A stretch of DNA of 64,000 nucleotides from Nitrosopumilus sp. (GCA_965205215.1 OZ242041.1:2016001-2080000), one strand, 5' to 3'; positions 1 to 11,120 are shown, counted from the stretch's first letter. Program-made: numbers and translations. Notes: generated by a model not told the origin, from the letters alone.

Positions 1-403
1 TGGATCGTTTGGAGGAAAACCCGAGGAAGCGCAGTATCCTGCGCACGCTGCACAGGCTGTATTGGATGTACAGCTTTCCCCGTATCCAGTTTCGAAGCTT
101 TCTCGGGGTGAGCATGTTCCTGCTGGCAAGCCTGTCTGCAAGTCTCCTGATCCGCCCGTACCTTGCGCGCAATGCCCTGCCCCTTCCGGGAGCGTCCCAG
201 AGGCCACCGATGCCACCTTCGTCGAACCGGGCAACCCACAGTTGCACTGTGCGCCGGTCCACGTCTGCAAAATCAGAGGCGGTTTTTGTGGAGTGGCATT
301 TGAGTACGCCCATGACCGCCATTATTCTGTTGCGGATCCTGACATCCCTCTCTGCACACATGGCCTCCGTCAGCTCCCGGATCTTCTTGCTGCTTTCGCT
401 CAT
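1..403 (-). mobile_element. IS630-family transposase, N-terminal HTH part (runs off window start)
   Basis: Manual translation from ATG at 403: MSESSKKIRELTEAM...RIMAV...ADVDRRTVQLWVARFDEGGIGGLWDAPGRGR...YSLCSVRRILRFLGFSSKR, typical IS630 HTH plus winged-HTH. Not in the ORF track because it has no stop in the window. Confidence 0.8.
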
Positions 404-768
404 GGACGGTTCGGCGATCTGTCGATCAATAAGCCTTTCTGCGACTGTCCATCATGAGGCAAAATTTTCAATTAGCGCTACTCAAGGTTATGCAGTGCTT
501 CTGCAAACTTCCCCACACTTTAGGGCCGGGGCTCCTGATCCCATAGGATGTACATCCTAAACATGAGGGATTTGATGATTACCCACGCGCCATAAAAGAG
601 GTACACGTACATAAAGCAAAACATCCGGATCGCCTGAACCTTGCACCGCGTCTTTACATTTACGTGCTCAAGTATGTTGTGTTAGTCTGGAGCTGGAAAG
701 TCTAGGAGATATGAGATGGAATAGAGAGTGGGAGGCATGATTGCGCATGATATTTCTTTTGCCTACAC

Positions 769-2148
769 CAGTACATGGAACTGAAGCAGGACACGTCCGG
801 TTCCAGCAGATGCCGCGTTCGCGCATTGTCCGGTCGCTGTACAGTGCCTAGGCCTCTCACATGACATGATCAAATACCACTAGATCTATATGACGGCGTC
901 CACGCCCGCCCCACGGTGTATAGGAAAAGGGGCGGGCAGGCGCGCCGAAGGTGCGGGCTCGAGGATCGTTAATATCTTGTCCGGCCTGCTGGCCGTGTCC
1001 GGCGTGTCGTTCTCGACAAAACGCAGGACGCGGTACGGGCTACAGGAGTGGACGGCGATCCTGATCGAGATGTGCAACAAGCGCACGACGGCCGAGGCCG
1101 CGGCCAGGAACCTCGGCGCCTCGAAAAGGATGCCCACGGGGAGGTGGTTCCGCGACGCGATGCACACGGTCTGCCCCGCCAGAGCCGAGGCCTTCTGCAG
1201 CGAGATGCGGGGGCACACGGTACACCTTGCCAGGAGGGCCGGAATGCGCGGCGGAGGGGACGTGCTGGTGGCAATCGACAAGCACCTCATACCGCGGTTT
1301 GACGCGGGCAGCATGCTGTTCCTGGTGTTCGCGGCGCGAAAGGGCGGCACCAACAGATTCGAGGCGTACGCCACGATGCAGGTCGTGGCGGGGCCGATAA
1401 ACGCGGTGCTGGACTGCGTAAAATTCACCCGAGACATGGACAACGTGGATTTCGTGCGTCGATTTGTACACATTCTGGACGGGTACGGGATCCGCCCGCG
1501 CCTCATGCTGGTCGACCGCGAGTTCTTCGCGGTGGACGTGATGCTGGCGCTGAACGGGCTGGGCAAAAAATTCCTCATGCCGGCCGCGAAGACCGCCGGG
1601 ATCAAAAGGGCCGTCCTAGAGCACCACCGCGGGAGGAGGGCCGCCGTGTCCTCGTACGTGATGAGAAACGTCGCGGGGCAGTCGGTCACGTACAGGCTGG
1701 TCATACAGAGGGTCAAAAAATGGTCCGAGGTGGGGGGACTACGAGCCGGAAAAGAGGGACGGCAAGAAGAGAACGAGGGACCAGAAGATCATGGAGATGT
1801 ACGTGGTGTTTGCCACCAACCTTGCCGCCGCGCGCGTGCGGCGCGAGATCAGGAAGCTGCCGGAGGACTACCGCAGTCGGTGGGGCATCGAGACCGGGTA
1901 CAGGCAGATCGAGGGGGTCAGGCCGTGGACTACAAGTCGCGACCTGGCGTTCCGCCTGATGCTGTTCTACACCTCGCTGTTCATGTACAACATGTGGGCC
2001 ATAGAGCGCAGCAGGGAGGGGGCAGACCGGGCAGACATCACGCTTGCATCACTAGTACACGTGGCGGTCCTGGTCATCTCTTGCAGCATTGCGGGGGTGC
2101 CGTTTGATCCGGGCGGCCCTGGCTAACGTGCTTCAGTTCCATGTACTG
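769..2148 (+). mobile_element. ISH3-like (IS4 superfamily) insertion sequence, 1380 bp
   Basis: Perfect 20-bp TIRs CAGTACATGGAACTGAAGCA (769-788) and its reverse complement (2129-2148). 5-bp TSD TACAC at 764-768 and 2149-2153. Confidence 0.92.
890..2126 (+). pseudogene. DDE transposase (ISH3 type), frameshifted near 1715-1737
   Basis: Motifs VAIDKH, LVDREF in frame 1. YRSRWGIETGYR lies in the +1 frame (ORF 1791-2126). The frame switch is around A6 (1715-1720) / G6 (1732-1737). Confidence 0.85.
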
Positions 2149-2159
2149 TACACGCATTG

Positions 2160-3257
2160 CTAGTTAGAATCGAGAAATTCGATCACCGAATCAACGTCAT
2201 ATGCATGGGCGCCGTCGTGAACCACATATCGAAACGTCCCCGCGGCCCCGTGCAGATCATATGCCGTTTGAACCGTGCGTTGTACGTCCCCAGACGTTGC
2301 GGCATAACCAGGAGGACCCGCCTCCAGAGAGCCGTATGACATGTAGAGTGGCATGGGGGCAAGGGCCCTTACCCTGTCTATGTCCTCTACGTTGTATTCC
2401 GTTGCAATATATGGGCCTGCAGTGACGAACATGGGCCACCCATGTACTATGTTTATTCCACTGGCCAGCACCGTGGCGTTTATCGTGTCGGGGTTTGCAA
2501 GCGCGACTGACAACGCTCTTGGGACGCCTCCGGAGAGTCCCGATATTGCAATCCAGTCGTGCTTGCTTGACACGTATGACAGCACTGTGGCGACTTCCTT
2601 TTCATGCATGGACATCAAGCTTAACCCATATCTGGCAAGTTTCTCTTGAAATGCAAAATATTCACAATTATTCGCAATGCCACTATTTGGACACGTGCTT
2701 CCGACGTCCTTTTGTCTTTCGCCCCAGCCGTCCAGTTCTAGCGTGTATGCGTCATATCCCGCCTCGGCCAGTCTCAAGCCGATCTTATCGTGGTAGGGTT
2801 CATGCCGCGTCATTATGCCCATTATCTCCCGGGCCGCTCCATCGCCACTACCAGGTATCACGAGAACCGCTTTGCCGTTAGATCTGTCGGGGGGGGCGGC
2901 ATGATATACTATTATCTCACCCAAAAACAGTTTCTCAAGACCGGGTGAGACAGCTTCGGGATCTGTAGACTCCGGGTGCTGGTTGTGTTCTATAAGCAGA
3001 TTAGGATCCATTAGACTGTCTTTCCACATCGCAAAATCACCGATGTCTCGTACGTGCCTTTCATATGAGAGCGGCGGCGGAATCTCAACATTGTGGTAAT
3101 ATTTGGGATCAAGAAACCTGTATTCCTGCTCCATTGGTTCAATGAGTTGACTGGACAGAAGATAGTTTGTAATAGTTCGATCAAACAACATGCTGGCAGT
3201 CACGGATGTTGCTACAAACACTACCAAGATTACAAAAAATCCCACCTTGTAGTTCAT
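2160..3257 (-). CDS. Membrane-anchored/secreted alpha/beta hydrolase
   Basis: N-terminal hydrophobic helix, VLVIPGSG, nucleophile elbow GLSGG, C-terminal HDGAH. Confidence 0.75.
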   Translation of the reverse strand: MNYKVGFFVILVVFVATSVTASMLFDRTITNYLLSSQLIEPMEQEYRFLDPKYYHNVEIPPPLSYERHVRDIGDFAMWKDSLMDPNLLIEHNQHPESTDPEAVSPGLEKLFLGEIIVYHAAPPDRSNGKAVLVIPGSGDGAAREIMGIMTRHEPYHDKIGLRLAEAGYDAYTLELDGWGERQKDVGSTCPNSGIANNCEYFAFQEKLARYGLSLMSMHEKEVATVLSYVSSKHDWIAISGLSGGVPRALSVALANPDTINATVLASGINIVHGWPMFVTAGPYIATEYNVEDIDRVRALAPMPLYMSYGSLEAGPPGYAATSGDVQRTVQTAYDLHGAAGTFRYVVHDGAHAYDVDSVIEFLDSN

Positions 3258-3445
3258 AATATGAGTTATCAGTAGTTGGGAGTTATATGTTTCTTGAACG
3301 ATCTAGGTACGGAATCGTACCATCCACTGTCGAATTATGGAACCCTTCATGTCCCCATTTTTCAGAGGGTTTCACGTCCCTGTAACTTTTGAGCCACTCG
3401 CTATAATGTATTATATAAAGGACTACACAAATCGGAGATATTATC

Positions 3446-4318
3446 ATGCGTCGGATCTTTTACGAACGACACGACGATGACGCGCGCAAATCGCGTCTAC
3501 GCAACGTATTAGGCAAATGGATAAGGCGCAGCAAACACCTATGGCCGCTATATGATATGCCATACAGATACGTCACGTCAGTGGCTCGTGCGCTGCCCAG
3601 TTGGCACATCATCGGTGCGCCCAAGTGTGGTACCTCATCGCTGTACGACTACATCGTACAACACACAGACATAGATCCTTGCATGTCAAAAGAGCCCATG
3701 TATTACATCGCATGGCACAGGTACGGCCCGCATTACTACAGATCCTTTTTCCCGTACCGCCGCCGCGGGCACATCACAGGCGAGTCCACCGTTTATTATC
3801 TAATGCACCCGCGGGTCGCCCCTCGTATGTACGCGCTGACACCTGATGCCAAGATCATAGTTATGATGCGCAACCCTGTAGATCGGGCGTACTCACACTA
3901 CCACTTTATGCGCCGCATTGGCGTAGAGACAATACCGACGTTTGAGCAGGCAATGGCGTACGAGGAGCAGCGGCAGCGCAAATACGAGCAGGGTGACATG
4001 ACAGAGTTCGCATGGCATATGTACCGCGGTAGTGGGCATTACGTGCATCATCTTATGCGCTGGGATCAGTATTTCCCCATTGAGAAAATGCTGATCATCA
4101 ACTATGATGATTTTGCCTCCGGTCCACAAGGAGTGCTCGACAGGGTATGGGACCACTTGGGCGTCCGGCCACTGAGCATCCCGGACCGCCCCCCGCTGAA
4201 AGTAGGCAGATATCCTCCCATGCGCCAGAATACGCGCGACGAGCTGATCGAGTATTTCAGGCCGCATAACAAGAGGTTGAGCCGCCTGACAAAACAAGAA
4301 TTTGACTGGGATTGCTAG
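3446..4318 (+). CDS. PAPS-dependent sulfotransferase (Sulfotransfer_1)
   Basis: 5'-PSB IIGAPKCGTSSL, KEP, 3'-PB RNPVDRAYSHY, C-terminal YFRPHNKRL..FDW. Confidence 0.92.
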   Translation: MRRIFYERHDDDARKSRLRNVLGKWIRRSKHLWPLYDMPYRYVTSVARALPSWHIIGAPKCGTSSLYDYIVQHTDIDPCMSKEPMYYIAWHRYGPHYYRSFFPYRRRGHITGESTVYYLMHPRVAPRMYALTPDAKIIVMMRNPVDRAYSHYHFMRRIGVETIPTFEQAMAYEEQRQRKYEQGDMTEFAWHMYRGSGHYVHHLMRWDQYFPIEKMLIINYDDFASGPQGVLDRVWDHLGVRPLSIPDRPPLKVGRYPPMRQNTRDELIEYFRPHNKRLSRLTKQEFDWDC

Positions 4319-4497
4319 CCGGGATCCAGGTATGCAGAGTCATCGCACACACGTCACGGCTCCAGATTAGGTGATTGGGTGCCCCTGTCGTTATCAGCGC
4401 CACACATGCCAAACGCCCCGGACCGTTCGGAAACACGGCCGCCGAGCTTGCCAGAACCCTACGTCTGGTTTAAATTTCATTATACGCGGGCCCTGTC

Positions 4498-5577
4498 ATG
4501 ACCGGCGCTGCTGGCATGAGGCTCCTTATAGGCTCCGCGCCCTCCAAGCTCTTTCACCAAAAAGAGTTTGCCGCGGCCATGGCAAGAAAGGGCTCAGAAT
4601 GCAGGGTGGTGGTGGACTCTGACGTATACGACGGGTTTCCCAACCACAGGATCCCGTCATGGTTCCAGACCGCGAAAAAGGCAAACCAGCTGTTTGACGA
4701 GTTTGGGCCGGATGCGGTGCTGGTTGACAGGAACGGGCACTTTGCCAAGGCGGCATTAGACAGAGGGCTGCCGCTGCTAGTGCAGCTGCGCGGGGATTAC
4801 TGGTCGGAGATGCGGTGGTACAGGGAAACGATTGGCGGGGATCCGGTCAGGAGGGTGGGCAGGTACATCAAGTCCAGAATGGAGGAGAAATGTTTTCGCG
4901 AATCCTCCGCGATACTGCCCATATGCAACTACCTCAGGGATATAGTGGAGCGGAGGTATCCCGACAAGCCTGCGGGCACCATATACCAGGGGATAGACCC
5001 GGCCAAATGGGACAACAGCGGTGCAGGCGGCATGGACCTCAAGCATCCCTGCGTGGGCCTGCTGCAGAGCGCCAACATCTGGGGCAAGGCGCGCGAGATG
5101 CTCGTGCTGCCAAGGGTCATGGAGGAGCTCCCGGACGTCACGTTTTACTGGGCCGGTGACGGCCCGTACCGCGACAGGATACTCCCTACACTCTCAAAAC
5201 ATGACAACTTTGTATGGCTTGGAAACCTGGACTACCCGGACGCAGTAAGCCGGTACCTTGCAGAGATCGACGTATACGCCCTGATCAGCGGGATTGACAT
5301 GTCGCCCCTGACGCTACAGGAGGCCCAGCTCGTGCAGAAGCCCGTGGTCGCCACCGACGTGGGCGGCATACCGGAACTAATGCGGGACAAGGTTACCGGC
5401 TTTCTGGTAGAACGGCAGAACGCCGAGGACGCGGTTGCGAGAATTAGGGAGATTCTCGGCGATGAGGATAGAGCAAGGGAGATGGGCAGAAACGGCAGGC
5501 GGTTTGTGCAGGACAGCTTTAACTGGGACAAGATATGCGGTGATTTTGCCGAGGCGGTGAATCCGGTAATAGGCTAG
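4498..5577 (+). CDS. Glycosyltransferase family 4
   Basis: EA..xxKPVVATDVGGIPE..G GT-B signature. Confidence 0.9.
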   Translation: MTGAAGMRLLIGSAPSKLFHQKEFAAAMARKGSECRVVVDSDVYDGFPNHRIPSWFQTAKKANQLFDEFGPDAVLVDRNGHFAKAALDRGLPLLVQLRGDYWSEMRWYRETIGGDPVRRVGRYIKSRMEEKCFRESSAILPICNYLRDIVERRYPDKPAGTIYQGIDPAKWDNSGAGGMDLKHPCVGLLQSANIWGKAREMLVLPRVMEELPDVTFYWAGDGPYRDRILPTLSKHDNFVWLGNLDYPDAVSRYLAEIDVYALISGIDMSPLTLQEAQLVQKPVVATDVGGIPELMRDKVTGFLVERQNAEDAVARIREILGDEDRAREMGRNGRRFVQDSFNWDKICGDFAEAVNPVIG

Positions 5578-6845
5578 GAGAGCCTTGCCTCCGGGTCAAG
5601 GTCCCCCGTTATGAATATGCGGTACCAGATCTCGAAGGCGAGCAGCCCCAGAAACTTGTTGACATATCTTACATCCTGCAGATCGCGGGACATGTTCTGC
5701 GCGACCCACTCTCCGCTTATCCATCCATCTGATACGGTCCTAGACGAGCCGCCCCCCAGGTAGAGGGAGCACAGGTCGTAGCCGCGCCGCCGCCAGTACG
5801 ACACGGTGTCCGGGGAGAACCCCATCTTGGAGTCTGACATCAGGCGGTCCGCGTCCATCGTTGATCGCAGCAGGGCGCGAAGCGGCAGCTTTCCCACGCC
5901 GCGCGCCGCGTCGTATTTTTCGGTGGCTTGTATCCCCATGGCGTGCCGTATCATGTCGTTTGAGAGGAGGGGGGAGGCAGTCCTGACGCCAAAGCGGCGC
6001 GCCATCGCGCCGCTTACGTGGGCAAAGTTATATGCCAGCTTGCCGTTGTAGTCTGCCAGGAACACCTGCTCCAGCGGATCCAGCCCGTTGTCTCCAAAGT
6101 ACGGGAGCAGCACCCCCCGCACGTCGTCCCATGAAAAGTTCATGCGGGGTCCGAAAACCCTTTCCTGATCTGGCACGTAGTCGCGTGCGTGGTTGTCCAG
6201 GTACGCGCGCACCCTCTGATCCGGGGAGGCAGGCCCGGCAGCGCCGCCCTTGTCCGCTGACAGAAAGCCCTCATACCGGAACGTGTACCCCCCAAAGAGC
6301 TCGTCGCCGCCGTCCCCGGATATCAGGACGTCGGCCGATTCGGCGGCGGCCCGCTTGGCCACGTGGTACCAGTGGAGATCCCACATGGGCAGCGCCGCGG
6401 CGGATACCGCCGCGGGCAGCTCCCGCATATAGTCCTCGACTGTCACTATGACGTGCCGCTCCACCCCGAGGGACTCTGCAATGCGTGCGGCACGTCCCGT
6501 CTCGTCGTATCCGTCCTCAAAGCGCACCGATATGGCGGTTACGTCCAGGTCCGGAAAGTGCTTTCGTATCAGGCCAAGCACCAGGGCCGAGTCGACCCCG
6601 CCGCTCAGCGAGACGGCGGCCCGCGCGTCCGGGGCCGCGCCGACTATGTCGCGCAGGGCGGCCGCGGCCAGGCGCTCTATGGCTTCGGGCGAGGACGAGC
6701 AATGGGAGGACGGACGCATGTCGCGGGGCGTAACGGCAGGCAGCACGGGCGCCAGCAGGGGGTTGTAGCGCAGCGTCAGGATGTACCGCGCCGCGGCGGG
6801 GCCGTAGGCCTCGCCGTCAGGAAGGGTGCCTGCCAGAATTGCCAC
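5574..6845 (-). CDS. Asparagine synthase C-terminal-domain protein (probable sugar amidotransferase)
   Basis: PP-loop SLSGGVDS, SGDGGDELFGGY, K.GF. No N-terminal Ntn glutaminase domain. Confidence 0.85.
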   Translation of the reverse strand: MAILAGTLPDGEAYGPAAARYILTLRYNPLLAPVLPAVTPRDMRPSSHCSSSPEAIERLAAAALRDIVGAAPDARAAVSLSGGVDSALVLGLIRKHFPDLDVTAISVRFEDGYDETGRAARIAESLGVERHVIVTVEDYMRELPAAVSAAALPMWDLHWYHVAKRAAAESADVLISGDGGDELFGGYTFRYEGFLSADKGGAAGPASPDQRVRAYLDNHARDYVPDQERVFGPRMNFSWDDVRGVLLPYFGDNGLDPLEQVFLADYNGKLAYNFAHVSGAMARRFGVRTASPLLSNDMIRHAMGIQATEKYDAARGVGKLPLRALLRSTMDADRLMSDSKMGFSPDTVSYWRRRGYDLCSLYLGGGSSRTVSDGWISGEWVAQNMSRDLQDVRYVNKFLGLLAFEIWYRIFITGDLDPEARLS

Positions 6846-8262
6846 CTTCGTAGTTACGTGTCCCGCGCCCCACCCCCCTGTACACCAGTCCCGCGGACGC
6901 GGCCTCCGCGGGGCTCATCACGCCCATGCAGTCGACAAACACCCTGCAGCCGGACTCGGAGACGGTGCGCGCGTCCAGTGTCAGCAGCTCCTTGTGCGCC
7001 GTGACTAGTACGGCCGCATCTGCCCCGCGCATCGCGTCTGTCGCGGACGCGGCCGTCTCCACCCCAAGAACCTTTTCCCCCACATAGTACGGGTCATACA
7101 GCCCGAGGCGCGCCACGCCCTTGGACCGCAGCAGTCGCGCGATCTCCCGGGAGGGGGCCAGCTGCATGTCGCGCACGTTGGGCTTGTATGACACGCCCAG
7201 CAGGGCCACTGCGGGCTCGGAGTCCGCTGTGATGCCCGCCTCCCGCAGCCCGTCAAACATCAGGCTTACCACGTGCGACGGCATGGCCTCGTTGGCGCGC
7301 CGCCCGGCGCGGACCATGCCAAGCAGCGAGTCGCCGCCCTCCAGCCCGGATGCGGTGTTGAGTAGCTGGTACGAGTTTACAGGCAGGCAGGGCCCGCCGA
7401 CCCCGGCCCCCGGATAGTGCGGCTCAAAGTTGTACTTTCGCTTGGCGGCATCCAGCACCGTGTTGACGTCTATGCCGAGCCTCTCAAAGAGGATCGCCAG
7501 CTCGTTTACAAACGCCACGTTGACATCGCGAAACACGTTGGTGGTAAGCTTGACCGCGTTGGCCGTGCGGCAGTCGGGCATCCTGATCATATCCACAGGG
7601 AATACGTGCCCGTACACCTCGGATATTATGTCGGCGGTGCGCGCATCCAGGGCGCCCACCAGCCTCGGCAGGCTCTCAAAGTTGCGCAGGATCTCGCTGG
7701 GGTTGGCAGTCTCCGGGCAGGCCCCGAGGCCAAAGTTTTCAGAGACCCTCAGCCTCGAGCGGTCGCCCTCGATGAGTGGCGCCATCTTGGACTCTACAAA
7801 GCCCGGCTCCACCGTGCTCTCTACCACCACCACGGAGCCCGGCGCCAGCAGGGTGCTCAGGTCCGACGCGACCGATTCGAGGGCCGTATAGTACGGGGTG
7901 CCGGAGTCGTCCATGGGGGTGGGCAGGGAGAGCAGCACGACGTCCGAACCCGGTATGGCCTCGGCGGGATCCGTAGTAACGGAGAACAGGTCCGTGCCAT
8001 GCACGGCCTCGAAGATCTCGCGGTACCCGGGCTCGTCTTCCAGCGGAAAGTCGGCCGAGCGTATACGCGACACCAGCGCCTCGTTTACGTCCAGTCCGGT
8101 TACCGGTAGTCCAGACTTTGCAAATGAGAGCGCGGTCGGCAGGCCGATCCGGCCTATGCCGATGACGCATACGCGTACACATCCCGTGCGTAGGCGCGTA
8201 CTAACATCAGGGGCGTCGAGGATTGGCGTGCTGACGCCACCGTGCCGGGCTTTGTGCGTCAT
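6817..8262 (-). CDS. UDP-N-acetylhexosamine 6-dehydrogenase (WbpA/WecC family)
   Basis: GIGRIGLP Rossmann motif, ESTV.PG, PGAGVGGPCLP, GVSYKPNV.D. Confidence 0.92.
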   Translation of the reverse strand: MTHKARHGGVSTPILDAPDVSTRLRTGCVRVCVIGIGRIGLPTALSFAKSGLPVTGLDVNEALVSRIRSADFPLEDEPGYREIFEAVHGTDLFSVTTDPAEAIPGSDVVLLSLPTPMDDSGTPYYTALESVASDLSTLLAPGSVVVVESTVEPGFVESKMAPLIEGDRSRLRVSENFGLGACPETANPSEILRNFESLPRLVGALDARTADIISEVYGHVFPVDMIRMPDCRTANAVKLTTNVFRDVNVAFVNELAILFERLGIDVNTVLDAAKRKYNFEPHYPGAGVGGPCLPVNSYQLLNTASGLEGGDSLLGMVRAGRRANEAMPSHVVSLMFDGLREAGITADSEPAVALLGVSYKPNVRDMQLAPSREIARLLRSKGVARLGLYDPYYVGEKVLGVETAASATDAMRGADAAVLVTAHKELLTLDARTVSESGCRVFVDCMGVMSPAEAASAGLVYRGVGRGTRNYEGGNSGRHPS

Positions 8263-8833
8263 ATGTATGCGACGAGATCCGAGTAATCCATATTTCTACC
8301 TTGAGTTGAGAGTTTTGCCAATACGAAAGCACAGTCGGCAGTCTTGGTTCTGGAGACTCAGAATAATAGACCCAAACGCGCACGCGGCCGGCTCGGGAGG
8401 GGGTCGGTTTCGCGGTGGGTTTGGTGGTACACAGTTTCACTGGTATTGCATCCCTGCGACGTCAGCTGTTCAGTTCATTTGGCGGGCCCTTTGGCCGTAC
8501 GGCGCCATCCCGCCGTCATTTTGTAGGACGCGGTCCTGCCAAGGAACCGTCGCACGGCAGCGCCTTCAGCGGCGTTTCACCAAGCCGACTCTTGGATACG
8601 TCGCGTTGTGCCCAGTCGAGGCAGGCACGATCGAACCTGTGGCGCTGACGGGCCCCCGGCCGCATATCCTAGAGCGCGCCTGCCACCCCCTCTGATTCTG
8701 GGCCCTGCACGCCAAACCATCGCAAATGCTATCACGCGTTAGATCAACCGGTTTCCAATCCTGCGGGCAGTCGGAGCATACCTGCCAAGCACAGCTGGGC
8801 GCACCAAGGTGACTTTAACCCGCGTCATGGAGC

Positions 8834-9808
8834 ATGTCTGTGCGGCTACTTTTCATATCATCGAGGTATGATGACGGCATAGGCGGCCATGCGGCCATGC
8901 TGGCCGGCCAGCTTCAAAGGCGCGGCCATGGTGTGGACCTGCTAAAGGCGCCGCATATACCAATAAAAAACCTCAAAAACCCCAGCTTTGCCATTTTTGC
9001 CACGCTTAAGACCCTCTTGACAAACAAGCGATACGACATCGTTCACGCCTTTAACGTGCCGTCGGCGCTTCCCATGCGGTACGCAAGGGCGGCAAAAAAA
9101 GTACTCTCCGTGCACGGCGTATACGGGGAGCAGGTGGGCATGATACACTCACGCTCCGCCGCTAGACTTGCGGACGCGGCCGAGACCAAGGCCTTCGGGT
9201 GGGCCGACGTCCTGACCACGGACTCCATGAGGACGGCGGCGGCGTACGGCGCCATGGGGTATGATTTTGCATACCTGCCGTCTGCCATAGACCCCGCCAT
9301 GTTTGAAGGTCTTGCAGATGCCCAAAAGTGCACAGGCCAAGTGGCGTACGTGGGGCGCGACAGCTACGAGAAGGGGATAGACATACTGCGCGGAATCGAG
9401 CCGGACATACGCGGCTCCGTGCGATACTGCACCAGCATGAAGTGGCGCGACGCGATGTCCGCTCTGGCAGGGTCGTCCGTAATGGTGCTGCCCTCAAGGG
9501 TGGAGAGCCTTCCCACGGCCGTAAAGGAGGCGTTCTACCTGGGAGTCCCGGTAGTCGCCATGTCAGTCGGCGGCGTCCCGGAGCTCGTAGAGGACGGCAA
9601 GACGGGATTCCTGATAGAGCCGGGCGATGCTCGGCGCATGGCAGAGGTCGTAAACGGCATACTAGACGGCTCCATACCCACGCAGGAGGTGGTGGACGCC
9701 GCACACAGCTACGTGATGCGGCACATGACGTGGGACGCGGTCATGCCCCGGTACGAGGAGGCATACGAAAAGCTGCTCTCAGGGGAGAAGCAGAGCCGAC
9801 CGGCATAG
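8834..9808 (+). CDS. Glycosyltransferase family 4
   Basis: VGR...EKG.D, LPSRVESLP...EA..GVPVVA..VGGVPE. Confidence 0.9.
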   Translation: MSVRLLFISSRYDDGIGGHAAMLAGQLQRRGHGVDLLKAPHIPIKNLKNPSFAIFATLKTLLTNKRYDIVHAFNVPSALPMRYARAAKKVLSVHGVYGEQVGMIHSRSAARLADAAETKAFGWADVLTTDSMRTAAAYGAMGYDFAYLPSAIDPAMFEGLADAQKCTGQVAYVGRDSYEKGIDILRGIEPDIRGSVRYCTSMKWRDAMSALAGSSVMVLPSRVESLPTAVKEAFYLGVPVVAMSVGGVPELVEDGKTGFLIEPGDARRMAEVVNGILDGSIPTQEVVDAAHSYVMRHMTWDAVMPRYEEAYEKLLSGEKQSRPA

Positions 9809-9932
9809 CTAGCCCATCCTTCCGCTCACCGGAGTGCGCACACGGCGCGGACATGGCGGCCAGCTGGACGTCGGCCCTGATCGCCGCCGCGGCACTTGCA
9901 GCGGCGGCGGGCGGCGCAGGACGGGCTGGACC

Positions 9933-11033
9933 TCACGCGATCTTGTCCACGATCTCGCTCATTTTCTTCAAGTGGTGTGGCTTCACGCCCGGATGGACGG
10001 GCAGCGACAGTACGCGTCCCGCAGCCCGCTCCGTGACCGGCAGCTTCCCACGGCGGCCCTTCATGGCCGTCGCATAGAACGGTATCTGGTGCACCGGTAT
10101 CGGATAGTACACGTTTGCCCCAAACCCCGCCGCGTTGAGCGCCTCTTTGAGATCTCCCTGCCTCCCGGTAGATATGGTGTACAGGTACCAGTTGACCTCC
10201 TCGTGCGCCCGCTGCTCCGGAATGGTGACGTGATCCGCGCCATCAAGCAGTCTGGACAGCGCCCTTGCGTTTGCCCTCCTCTTCTCAAGAAACGACGGAA
10301 GCCTGCCCATCTGCACCTTTGCTATCGCCGCGCTGACCTCCGGCATCCTCAGGTTCAGGCCGAAGGCTTCAGAGTCGTATCCGCGTATCATGCCGTGGTT
10401 GCGCACCATCCGCAGCTCGTCGTACAGCTTCTTGCTGTCAGTCACTACCAGTCCCCCCTCCCCCGCGGTAATCACCTTTGCCGGATACAGGCTAAAGCAC
10501 CCCATGTCTCCGAACGTGCCCGACTGCTTCTTCCTGTATGTGGAGCCCATGGACTGCGCCGCGTCCTCGACCACCCTCAGTCCGCGTTCGTCTGCGATCC
10601 TGCAGATCTCCTCCACCCTTGCCACGTTCCCGTAAAGGTGCACCGGAATCACAGCCTTTGAGCGCCGGCTTACCTTCTTCTCCAGGTCTTCCGGGTCCAT
10701 GGTATGGTGCGTCTTGTCAATGTCAACAAATACGGGCTTTGCGCCCGCGGCCACCACCGCGTTTGCGGTGGCCACAAATGTAAACGACGGGACTAAAACC
10801 TCGTCCCCCCTCCCTATGCCAAGCGCGTGCAGAGCGGCCTGGATGGCCGCCGTCCCGGAGTTTACCGCCACCGCATAAGACGATCCCAGAAACCGCCTTG
10901 CTGCGTCCTCAAACTCGCGTACGTTGGGGCCGCCCCCCATGGAAGCGTCCGTCAGTGCCCCCCCTCTCAGTACCCGGCCCACCTCGCGCATCTCCTCCCT
11001 GCCCAGAACGGGCATGTTAATCGGGACGTTCAT
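9933..11033 (-). CDS. DegT/DnrJ/EryC1/StrS PLP aminotransferase
   Basis: VNSGTAA, PVHLYG, EDAAQS, FSLYPAKVITAGEGG, LSLPVHP. Confidence 0.95.
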   Translation of the reverse strand: MNVPINMPVLGREEMREVGRVLRGGALTDASMGGGPNVREFEDAARRFLGSSYAVAVNSGTAAIQAALHALGIGRGDEVLVPSFTFVATANAVVAAGAKPVFVDIDKTHHTMDPEDLEKKVSRRSKAVIPVHLYGNVARVEEICRIADERGLRVVEDAAQSMGSTYRKKQSGTFGDMGCFSLYPAKVITAGEGGLVVTDSKKLYDELRMVRNHGMIRGYDSEAFGLNLRMPEVSAAIAKVQMGRLPSFLEKRRANARALSRLLDGADHVTIPEQRAHEEVNWYLYTISTGRQGDLKEALNAAGFGANVYYPIPVHQIPFYATAMKGRRGKLPVTERAAGRVLSLPVHPGVKPHHLKKMSEIVDKIA

Positions 11034-11120
11034 GCCAGTGGTGGGACACGCAGATCTTAAAAGCCGAACGGTTGGAGGGTGGCAGGGGCGCAGGGCGGGG
11101 GAATGGCAGGAGGGTCCGGC

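Noticed and set aside
544-559. Perfect 16-bp palindrome TAGGATGTACATCCTA upstream of the IS630-like gene
   Set aside because: Cannot be assigned as an IS end or an operator without the other end of the element, which lies outside the window
769-788. Resemblance between the ISH3 TIR and the TnpB-element IR (shared GGA...GAAGCA)
   Set aside because: Only ~12/20 ungapped identity and the opposite orientation relative to the element interior. This is not enough to claim the ISH3 transposase is the partner.
8270-8830. 560-bp intergenic region with weak similarity to the 140-bp repeat (CTG...TGGGCACAA on the minus strand) and to 4330-4470
   Set aside because: Matches are only ~10 bp, and no convincing ORF or element could be defined
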